Shown here in pieces: positions 7,847 to 14,303 of a stretch of DNA of 14,303 bases. The notes beneath the pieces were generated by a model that made no database searches, was not told the DNA's origin, and worked only from the letters and a program-made list of their open reading frames with translations. A program made the translations under genes and the position numbers. Each line of letters opens with the position of its first letter. Within the stretch, counting starts at the first letter, position 1. The DNA is from a bacterium. GTDB lineage: Bacteria; Zhuqueibacterota; Zhuqueibacteria; Oceanimicrobiales; Oceanimicrobiaceae. The stretch spans positions 16,478-30,780 of the forward strand of contig JBBIIG010000048.1 of the NCBI GenBank assembly GCA_037446635.1, in the 5' to 3' direction.

Positions 7847-8016
7847 CGCGCTCCAGCGCTGTGAGCCAAAGCATTTAATCGCTGCAGTGTTTTCAGCTAA
7901 ACTCGCGTGAGCTTGGCCTTTCTCAAACCAGACGGCAGCACGGCGGGCGTCATCAAAACGCCGGTGGTAATTGTCAAGCCGCGTGAAACAAATGGAATGG
8001 AGTTGTCAGATCTGAA

Positions 8017-8718
8017 TCATAGTTTTTCCAGCAGCTCAAGCACGCCGTCGATCTGCGCGATTGAAAAGTATTTGGCGTTGGCTAACAATTGCGGATCTAC
8101 GGCTTCGTGCGCCCAAGTGGTTTGATATTGAATGAACACCGCCTGGCCGCCGATGGCCAGCACCGGCAGGATGTCGGACTTCAGGGAGTTGCCGATCATG
8201 AGAAAGCGTTGCGGCCGGATGCGATGCTTTTCCAGGATCTGCTGATAAACCGCGTCGGTTTTGTCGCTGACGATTTCTATGTGTTTGAAAAAATCCGCCA
8301 GACCCGAACGGGCAATCTTCGACTCCTGATCGAACAGGTCGCCTTTAGTGATCAGCATCAATGGGTACATTTGCGCGAGGCGTGCAATCGTGGCCTCGAC
8401 GTTCTCCAAAAGTTGAATGGGCGCGGTCAGCATCTCGCGGCTGAAATTGATGATGCGCTGAATTTCCGCGCCGGTGACGCGGCTTTCGCTGAGCTCGATG
8501 GCGGTTTCGATCATCGACAGCGTGAAGCCTTTGATGCCGTAGCCGAAAATTTCGAGATTGCGAATTTGGGTTTCGTAGAGCCGGCGCTGAATCCACTCTG
8601 GCGAGTGATAGGCTTTGAGCAGCTCACAAAATTTTTCTTCGGTGCGGTTGTACAGCGGCTCGTTGTGCCACAGGGTGTCGTCGGCGTCGAAGGCAATGAT
8701 ATCAAATTTGTTGTTCAT
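8017..8718 (-). CDS. HAD-superfamily hydrolase, about 233 aa
   Basis: Motif I '[10 protein letters not shown]', motif II 'LITKGD', 'SDK', motif IV '[10 protein letters not shown]'. ATG 8718 (MNNKF) overlaps the upstream stop (ATGA). Confidence 0.92.
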   Translation of the reverse strand: MNNKFDIIAFDADDTLWHNEPLYNRTEEKFCELLKAYHSPEWIQRRLYETQIRNLEIFGYGIKGFTLSMIETAIELSESRVTGAEIQRIINFSREMLTAPIQLLENVEATIARLAQMYPLMLITKGDLFDQESKIARSGLADFFKHIEIVSDKTDAVYQQILEKHRIRPQRFLMIGNSLKSDILPVLAIGGQAVFIQYQTTWAHEAVDPQLLANAKYFSIAQIDGVLELLEKL

Positions 8719-8843
8719 TGCAACATCATGGCGGCGGTGGCGAGGCTCGGCCAAAAACGAGAGAACCCGTGAGTATATTTCAAGCCAATTGCCCAGCCGA
8801 TTTCCAGGCCGGCGAGGAAGAGATAAGGCCAAGTTTCTGTCAT
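8715..8843 (-). pseudogene. sugE: Truncated SMR-family transporter (Gdx/SugE), N-terminal 42 aa only
   Basis: Translated by hand: [42 protein letters not shown]. This matches the Gdx/SugE N-terminus (W...[20 protein letters not shown]), including the membrane Glu, but stops in TM2 of a normally ~105-aa four-TM protein. Confidence 0.85.
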
Positions 8844-8853
8844 AAAAATCTCT

Positions 8854-9045
8854 TTATTCTTTTTTTGGGCTCTGATTTATCTGCACGATTTTCGGTTCCA
8901 CCTGCCAGTACTCCGCCGAAATTTCCGGGCACTCGTGCTGTACCTGGCATTTCTTGCAAACGATCCGCAGCATGTCCAACCCGCCAATTTCGATATCATG
9001 TTGTTTGATATAATCATGCAATTGTTCCAAGTGTTCGCATAACAT
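8854..9045 (-). CDS. Small hypothetical protein, 63 aa, Cys/His-rich (possible metal-binding)
   Basis: Strong GAAGGAGAG RBS before ATG 9045. Contains CEH...CKKC....HEC. Has its own promoter-like sequence upstream. Confidence 0.7.
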   Translation of the reverse strand: MLCEHLEQLHDYIKQHDIEIGGLDMLRIVCKKCQVQHECPEISAEYWQVEPKIVQINQSPKKE

Positions 9046-9077
9046 GGCCGGCTCTCCTTCAACTTAATTCGAGGGTA

Positions 9078-9106
9078 AATGTAACTCTCCCGCTTTCCAA
9101 AAGCAA
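9078..9106 (-). promoter_or_regulatory. Sigma70-like promoter TTGCTT-N17-TACATT for the small ORF / sugE fragment / HAD unit
   Basis: Minus strand: -35 at 9106-9101, -10 at 9083-9078, 32 bp upstream of ATG 9045. Confidence 0.45.
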
Positions 9107-9114
9107 GGCATAAC

Positions 9115-9208
9115 TTTTAACCGCAAAGTTCGCTAAGAATACGCAAAGAACGCAATGGAAAAATTATTAGCGGCCTTGCCGCCAGCTTTGCGTTCCTTGC
9201 GGTTAAAA
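9115..9208. repeat. 94-bp MITE/REP-like element with terminal inverted repeats and internal CGCAAAG-like repeats
   Basis: TTTTAACCGCAA (9115-9126) is the exact reverse complement of TTGCGGTTAAAA (9197-9208); the match extends imperfectly to about 23 bp. Internal CGCAAAG/CGCTAAG/CGCAAAG/CGCAATG on the left and CTTTGCG/CTTGCG on the right. Confidence 0.8.
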
Positions 9209-9271
9209 CTTGTTTCTCAACTTAGAATTTTTTATTTTGCAAAAAGTTTTTTCACGAATTGGCGGTTAAAA

Positions 9272-10042
9272 ATGGATCTCAAACTAAAAAATCAGGTGGT
9301 GATGATCACCGGCGCCAGCCGCGGTATCGGCAAAGCGATCGCGTTGGGATTTGCAGCGGAGGGCGCACGGTTAAGCATTTGCGGGCGAACGCCGGAAACT
9401 CTGCAAGCAGCCGCCGACGAAATTAGAAAATCCGGCGCAGAGGTTTTCGCTCTCGCTGCGGACGTCACCCAAAGCGCGGAGGCCGAAGCCTTTGTGAGCG
9501 CCGCTCTCGAAAAATTCGGCCGCATCGACGTGCTGGTGAACAACGTGGGCGGCAGCCGCAAAACGCCCACGCTGGAAATTTCCGATCGGGAATGGCACGA
9601 GCTGCTCGATTTTAACGCCGTCTCCGCGGCGCGCATGAGCCGGCTGGTGATTCCAACGATGAAAAAGCAGGGCGGCGGCGTCATCATTATGATCGCTTCC
9701 ATTTTTGGGCGCGAGAGCGGCGGCCACATCACTTACAACGCCGGCAAAGCAGCGCAAATCGCCCTCGCCAAATCGCTGGCGCAGGAACTGGGCCGCGACA
9801 ACATTCGCGTCAACTCGGTGGCGCCGGGATCCATTCTTTTCCCCGGCGGCGGTTGGGATCGCAAACAGAAAGCCGACCCCGAGGGCATTGCCGCCTTCAT
9901 CAAAAACGAGCTGCCATTTGGCCGCTTCGGCAAGCCGGAGGAAATCGCCGACGTGGTGGTGTTCCTCGCCTCGCCGCGCGCCAGTTGGGTGAGCGGCGCC
10001 TGCATCAACGTCGATGGCTGCCAGTCGCGCTCCAATATCTGA
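9272..10042 (+). CDS. Classical short-chain dehydrogenase/reductase (SDR), about 256 aa
   Basis: 'ITGASRGIG', 'DVLVNNVG', 'YNAGK' (YxxxK), 'NIRVNSVAPG', 'VDG'. ATG 9272 (MDLKL) is preferred because the upstream extension is translated repeat sequence. Confidence 0.93.
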   Translation: MDLKLKNQVVMITGASRGIGKAIALGFAAEGARLSICGRTPETLQAAADEIRKSGAEVFALAADVTQSAEAEAFVSAALEKFGRIDVLVNNVGGSRKTPTLEISDREWHELLDFNAVSAARMSRLVIPTMKKQGGGVIIMIASIFGRESGGHITYNAGKAAQIALAKSLAQELGRDNIRVNSVAPGSILFPGGGWDRKQKADPEGIAAFIKNELPFGRFGKPEEIADVVVFLASPRASWVSGACINVDGCQSRSNI

Positions 10043-10057
10043 ACGTGTTTCATCAAA

Positions 10058-10304
10058 TGGATTGCTGGAGTAGTGGAGTGTTGGATTGATGGATTAATCT
10101 AACTCAAGCTCCGCTTTTCCGTAAAGCGGATCGGTATCCGAGAGATGCCTGCCTGTGCGCTTGGCGGATCCGCTTCGCCTGCCTGCGCAGGCAGGCGGGC
10201 GCAGGCAGGCCTGCCCGCCAGAGGCCTTAGGCAGGCGGGCAAACCAAAGGTTTGCTTTACAGCTCCAAAACTCCATTACTTCATCAATCCAATCCATGAT
10301 TCCA
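10058..10304. repeat. Composite intergenic repeat: inverted arrays of TGGA(G/T)TNN octamers enclosing nested GC-rich palindromes
   Basis: Five octamers at 10058-10097 and an inverted array at 10260-10304. Perfect 22-bp palindrome CGCCTGCCTGCGCAGGCAGGCG at 10176-10197 lies inside an outer pair 10147-10158 / 10199-10210. Further hairpins at 10110-10130 and 10239-10255. Confidence 0.85.
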
Positions 10305-10359
10305 GCTAATGGAAAAATTTGAGTCAAAAAGTACACAGAGCAAAGAAGGAGTTTGAATC

Positions 10360-10917
10360 ATGGCCGCGGTTCCATCAAAAATGATCCCCCTCGGCACGAG
10401 AGCGCCGGACTTTTCCCTGCCCGACACGATTTCCGGGAAGACCCTGAGCCTCAGCGAATTGAAATCGCAGAAAGCCACGGTGATTATGTTTATCTGCAAT
10501 CATTGCCCCTACGTCCAACACGTGAACCACGAGCTGGTGCGGTTGGCGAATGATTATATCCCCAAAGGGGTCGCGTTCATCGCCATCAGTTCCAACGATG
10601 CCGCGCAGTACCCGGATGACGCACCGGATAAAATGAAAGAGGTGGCACAGCAGCTTGGCTACTCGTTCCCTTATTTATATGACGAAAGCCAGGAGGTGGC
10701 GCGGGCGTACGACGCCGCGTGCACGCCGGACATTTATATTTTCGATAAAAATCTGAAATTGGCGTATCGCGGCCAGTTGGACGACTCGCGGCCGGGCAAC
10801 GGCGTTCCCGTTACCGGCAAAGACGTGCGCGCCGCGCTGGACAATCTGCTGCTCGGCAAACCCGTCAGCGCGGACCAAAAGCCCAGCATCGGCTGTAATA
10901 TTAAGTGGAAGAATTGA
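10360..10917 (+). CDS. Thioredoxin-fold protein (AhpC/TSA, peroxiredoxin-like)
   Basis: 'APDFSLPD', 'FICNHCPYV' (CxxC), 'AISSND', 'FPYLYDESQEVARAYDAACTPD', 'YRGQLDD', 'SIGCNIKW'. AAGGAG RBS. Confidence 0.93.
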   Translation: MAAVPSKMIPLGTRAPDFSLPDTISGKTLSLSELKSQKATVIMFICNHCPYVQHVNHELVRLANDYIPKGVAFIAISSNDAAQYPDDAPDKMKEVAQQLGYSFPYLYDESQEVARAYDAACTPDIYIFDKNLKLAYRGQLDDSRPGNGVPVTGKDVRAALDNLLLGKPVSADQKPSIGCNIKWKN

Positions 10918-11451
10918 ATGATGAATCGTCTGGAAGATGTCGATTGGGACAACTGGCGCCCGCAGCAGCGGGCTACGCTGCTATTTGTAATCCGCGATGG
11001 TGAAGTTTTGCTGATACACAAAAAGCGCGGATTGGGAGCGGGAAAAATCAACGGCCCCGGCGGGCGCATCGACGACGGCGAGTCGGCGCTGGCGGCGGCG
11101 GTTCGCGAAGTGCAGGAAGAAGTTCGCGTTACCCCCACCGGCGTGCAGCATTGCGGCGAGCTCGCGTTTCAGTTCGTGGACGGCCTGGCTTTACATTGCG
11201 AAGTGTTTCGCGCCAGCGGCTGCCAGGGCGAGCCGCAGGAAACCGACGAAGCGCGGCCCCTGTGGACGCCCCTCGATCGCATTCCCTACGATCGCATGTG
11301 GGCCGATGACCGCCACTGGCTGCCGCTGATGATCGCTGGCAAAAAATTCGCCGGCCGCTTTCTGTTCCACGGCGATGAGATGCTGGGGCATGAAATAAGA
11401 ACGGCGGATTCTCAGAAATTATCGGATCAAAATGAATCCTTTCGACTTTGA
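10918..11451 (+). CDS. Nudix hydrolase, MTH1/NUDT1-like 8-oxo-dGTP diphosphatase
   Basis: '[15 protein letters not shown]', Nudix box '[20 protein letters not shown]', '[10 protein letters not shown]'. Confidence 0.88.
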   Translation: MMNRLEDVDWDNWRPQQRATLLFVIRDGEVLLIHKKRGLGAGKINGPGGRIDDGESALAAAVREVQEEVRVTPTGVQHCGELAFQFVDGLALHCEVFRASGCQGEPQETDEARPLWTPLDRIPYDRMWADDRHWLPLMIAGKKFAGRFLFHGDEMLGHEIRTADSQKLSDQNESFRL

Positions 11452-11464
11452 AGGAACGGTGAAA

Positions 11465-12034
11465 ATGAATGCCAAAAACTGCCTGTTTAGCGTTTTATTT
11501 TTTTCTCTCGGACTGGCCGCCAGCGGTTTCGCGCAGCCCACTATTTACATGGTTCGCCACACGGAAACCTTGGAACCCTGGCCCGGCGATTCCCTCGCCG
11601 ATTACAAACCGCTCAGCGCCGAAGGTATGGCGCGCGCGCAGAAATTAGCCGAACGCTTCCGCGCCGAGCCGCTCACCTCCATTTATACCAGCCTCACCAC
11701 CCGCGCCATGCAGACCGCTTATCCCCTGGCGCAAAAATTAGGACTGTCCATCAAAATTGCCGACGCCTGTATGGACACCACTGCCATTGAAACATTTTTT
11801 GTCGAGTTGGAAGGAAGGTACGGCGACGAAGACGCGATCCTGCTGGTGACGCACTCCAATATCATCCCGCGACTGTTGATTCAGGCCGGGCTGCCCTCCG
11901 AATGTTTCGAACGGATGGGAATCACGAGCTCGCCTTATTACGGCTGGCTCATCGAAGGCTACGACAACATCTGGAAAATTCAGTGGCGCCGGCGCGCCAG
12001 TGAGTGCAAAGGATTTGAGAAAATGAAGTATTGA
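11465..12034 (+). CDS. Histidine phosphatase (phosphoglycerate mutase/SixA-like) family protein with signal peptide
   Basis: MNAKNCLFSVLFFSLGLAASGFA|Q is signal-peptide-like. 'IYMVRHTE', 'PLSAEG', 'YTSLTTRAMQTA', 'LLVTHSN'. GAAGGA upstream of ATG 11465. Confidence 0.85.
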   Translation: MNAKNCLFSVLFFSLGLAASGFAQPTIYMVRHTETLEPWPGDSLADYKPLSAEGMARAQKLAERFRAEPLTSIYTSLTTRAMQTAYPLAQKLGLSIKIADACMDTTAIETFFVELEGRYGDEDAILLVTHSNIIPRLLIQAGLPSECFERMGITSSPYYGWLIEGYDNIWKIQWRRRASECKGFEKMKY

Positions 12035-12038
12035 CGGG

Positions 12039-12608
12039 TCACTCCCACACGCCGTTATCGCGCAGCACGCCGCCGCTGGTTTTGCGATGCTTAATTTCGA
12101 ACATCTTCTTCACCGCGATTTTGAACCAGATGGTAAAACGCTTGGGGTTGAGCAGCAGCTCGCGATTCAACTCCTCCGGGCTCACCCAGCGGTACTCCAC
12201 CACCTCATCGGCGTTGGGGTGCACCATCCCGAAATAGCGGCCCACAAACACATGGTCGAATTCATGCTCGATCAAATTGTTGTTCATGGGGGCGAGGTAA
12301 ATAAAATCAAACGCCTTTTTGAGAGGGCAGGTGATGCCCAGCTCCTCCTGTAATCTGCGCTCCGCCGCCGCGGCCATCGACTCGCCCGGCTGCGGGTGGC
12401 TGCAGCAGGCGTTGCTCCACAATCCGCCGGAGTGATACTTCGTCAGCGCTCGTTTCTGCAGCAGCATCTCGCCTTTTTGATTGAAAATAAAAATCGAAAA
12501 CGCGCGATGCAGTTTTCCTTCGCGATGCGCGGAGAGCTTGTCGCTCACGCCAATCTCTTGATCCCGCTCATCCACCAAAATGACTTGTTCGCTCATCGTT
12601 TCAACCAT
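12039..12608 (-). CDS. idi: Isopentenyl-diphosphate delta-isomerase, type 1
   Basis: 'VILVDE...K..AH..G.LHRAFSIFIFN..GEMLLQKRA..KYHSGGLWSNACCSHP', 'RRLQEELG', 'EHEFDH', 'FT.W'. Start is ATG 12608 (AGGGA RBS) or 12596. Confidence 0.95.
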   Translation of the reverse strand: MVETMSEQVILVDERDQEIGVSDKLSAHREGKLHRAFSIFIFNQKGEMLLQKRALTKYHSGGLWSNACCSHPQPGESMAAAAERRLQEELGITCPLKKAFDFIYLAPMNNNLIEHEFDHVFVGRYFGMVHPNADEVVEYRWVSPEELNRELLLNPKRFTIWFKIAVKKMFEIKHRKTSGGVLRDNGVWE

Positions 12609-12700
12609 TAGAATTCCCTGGCGTTTGGCGGTGGGTTTGGCGGCGCGCCATCGAGGCAGGTTTTTGTTGGAAGTCTTTGCGAGGGGTGACAGAAATTTTG

Positions 12701-12729
12701 TTGACAGCAGCGCCATTTTATTTTAGATT
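12701..12729 (+). promoter_or_regulatory. Sigma70-like promoter TTGACA-N17-TAGATT upstream of the CN-hydrolase/HIT pair
   Basis: Perfect -35 at 12701-12706, -10 at 12724-12729, 70 bp before ATG 12800. Confidence 0.6.
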
Positions 12730-12799
12730 GAATTCGTTCCTTGAATTTCAACTAATCATATTTACTATCGGCATCAGTTGAAGAAAAAACAACTGCAAA

Positions 12800-13630
12800 A
12801 TGGCAAATAAATCCACCGCCCTCAAAATCGGCTTCTATCAATTCCGCCCGCGCTTTGGGCAGATTCAAAAAAATCTGCAAAAGGTGGTGAGCACTCTGCG
12901 CGAAGTTTCAGCAGATCTGATCGTGCTGCCGGAGCTCGCTTTCACCGGCTACTATTTCCAAGACCGCGCCGAAACCCAGACGCTGGCCGAGGATCCGAAA
13001 AGCTCGGCCACCGTCGCCAGCCTGATCGCTCTGTGCAAAGCGCGCGACTTTTTTCTGGTTACCGGCTTCGCCGAAAAGCAGCGCGACAAAGTTTTTAACA
13101 GTGCGCTGCTGCTCGGGCCGCAGGGACTGATTCACACCTACCGCAAGCTGCATCTTTTTAATGAAGAAAAAAATTGGTTCGACCCCGGCGACACCTCGCT
13201 GTCGGTGCAGAGCGTGCACGGCGGCCGCATCGGCATGATGATTTGCTTCGACTGGATTTTTCCGGAAACGGCGCGCACCCTCGCGGCCCTGGGCGCCGAC
13301 GTCATCTGCCATCCATCTAATTTAGTTTTGAGTTATTGCCAAAGCGCGATGATCACCCGCTGTTTGGAAAACAACGTTTTTGCCGTCACCGCCAACCGTT
13401 TTGGCGCGGACGTCCGCCCGCACGGGACGCTGCGCTTCACCGGCCAAAGCCAAATCGTCGCGCCGAAGGGGAAGCTGCTGCACCGCGCGCCGGCGCAAAG
13501 GGAGGCGCTGTTCGTCACTGAAATCGATTTGAGCTTGGCGCGCGATAAAACCATCACCGGATTGAATCATCTCTTTGACGATCGCCGTCCGAAGTTTTAT
13601 CGGCCGCTCATCGCCAAACCAAAAACGTAA
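12800..13630 (+). CDS. Carbon-nitrogen hydrolase (nitrilase superfamily)
   Basis: Glu-Lys-Cys triad motifs 'LIVLPEL', 'YRKLHL', 'ICFDWIFPE'; also 'R..EN.VF...ANR.G' and 'DRRP'. Confidence 0.93.
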   Translation: MANKSTALKIGFYQFRPRFGQIQKNLQKVVSTLREVSADLIVLPELAFTGYYFQDRAETQTLAEDPKSSATVASLIALCKARDFFLVTGFAEKQRDKVFNSALLLGPQGLIHTYRKLHLFNEEKNWFDPGDTSLSVQSVHGGRIGMMICFDWIFPETARTLAALGADVICHPSNLVLSYCQSAMITRCLENNVFAVTANRFGADVRPHGTLRFTGQSQIVAPKGKLLHRAPAQREALFVTEIDLSLARDKTITGLNHLFDDRRPKFYRPLIAKPKT

Positions 13631-13644
13631 CCTGGAGGATCGCC

Positions 13645-13989
13645 ATGTCCAATTGTTTGTTCTGCGAAATCATCGCCGGCAAAATCAAGGGCGACATCGT
13701 TCACCGCGATGACGACGTGGTCGCGTTTCGCGACATCAACCCGCAGGCGCCGGTGCACATTCTGATCGTCCCCACGAAGCACATCGCCACCATCAACGAT
13801 CTCGACGGGGAGACCGCCGCTGTGATTGACCAACTGATCCTGACGGCGAAGTCGCTGGCCGCCAAAGAGGGTGTCGCCGATCGCGGCTATCGCCTGGTGA
13901 TGAACTGCAACGCCGAGGCCGGACAATCGGTGTTTCATATTCACCTGCATTTGTTGGGCGGCCGGCGCATGGCCTGGCCGCCGGGATGA
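13645..13989 (+). CDS. hinT: Histidine triad nucleotide-binding protein (HINT/PKCI branch)
   Basis: 'CLFCEII', 'AFRDINPQAPVHILIVP', 'AGQSVFHIHLHLLGGR..WPPG'. GGAGG RBS. Confidence 0.93.
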   Translation: MSNCLFCEIIAGKIKGDIVHRDDDVVAFRDINPQAPVHILIVPTKHIATINDLDGETAAVIDQLILTAKSLAAKEGVADRGYRLVMNCNAEAGQSVFHIHLHLLGGRRMAWPPG

Positions 13990-14303
13990 TTGGAATTTCC
14001 AAAGGTTATTTGATTCCGCATACGGCGAAATTATTTTTTGGCGGCGTGCCGGCGTGGATCAAGCAAAAACTAGAATTGATCTTGATTTCTGCTTTTTGGA
14101 TTTAGACTCATGGGCTGTTGGGTGCCTCCTCCGATGCCAGTTGCGGATTCTTTAAGCTGTGGGTGTTCTGCAAACTCCTTTCTCTCCTGATTACGGTTAT
14201 ACAGCTTGCCGCCAACAGACTTCCGAGAATATTTTCTAGAATAGGGAAAAAGTGTACAGTGATGGTAATCACCTGACAGTAGAGTCTCCGTGGGACAGTT
14301 AAT

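Noticed and set aside
7850..7990. 6S RNA assignment for the convergent intergenic region
   Set aside because: I could not build the long rod with a central bubble by eye; kept only as an unassigned ncRNA candidate.
8844..9110. Guanidine riboswitch upstream of the sugE fragment
   Set aside because: No twin ACGR-loop hairpins or other ykkC-type motif visible; the space is occupied by the 63-aa ORF.
9155..9271. Upstream start extensions given by the ORF track (SDR 9155, also HAD 8832, idi 12716, fusion 4776)
   Set aside because: The extensions run through repeat elements, the sugE stub or promoter DNA, and precede the family-typical N-termini.
10237..10256. GGCAAACC as the start of a c-di-GMP-I riboswitch
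   Set aside because: It closes at once as a simple hairpin with GGTTTGC and lacks the GNRA-capped P2 and downstream GCAAAG receptor/P3 elements.
10094..10336. 80-aa minus-strand ORF between the SDR and thioredoxin-like genes
   Set aside because: It is translated palindromic repeat sequence with no protein-like features.

Overview
Bacterial genomic window (GC-rich coding sequence, AT-rich spacers), mostly metabolic and 'housecleaning' enzymes. The left 3 kb is the 5' part of a large secreted protein on the minus strand that the ORF track misses because it runs off the window edge (signal peptide, Ig-like domain, seven FG-GAP/VCBS repeats, FN3/Ig-like repeats). It is followed by a Nudix + metallo-beta-lactamase-fold fusion, a 60-aa antitoxin-like small ORF, a class I/II PLP aminotransferase, an amidase-signature amidase, a HAD hydrolase, a truncated gdx/sugE fragment (also absent from the ORF track), a small Cys/His-rich protein, an SDR, a thioredoxin-like protein, an MTH1-like Nudix hydrolase, a secreted histidine phosphatase, a type 1 IPP isomerase (idi), a carbon-nitrogen hydrolase and a HIT protein. 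The most unusual signal is the set of short palindromic REP/MITE-like elements: two different ones are translated in frame inside the aminotransferase, and several are nested in one intergenic region. I found no CRISPR array, tRNA/rRNA, transposase or recognisable defence system, and I cannot claim a clear-cut new multi-gene system. All family calls come from motifs read by eye; no database searches were run.
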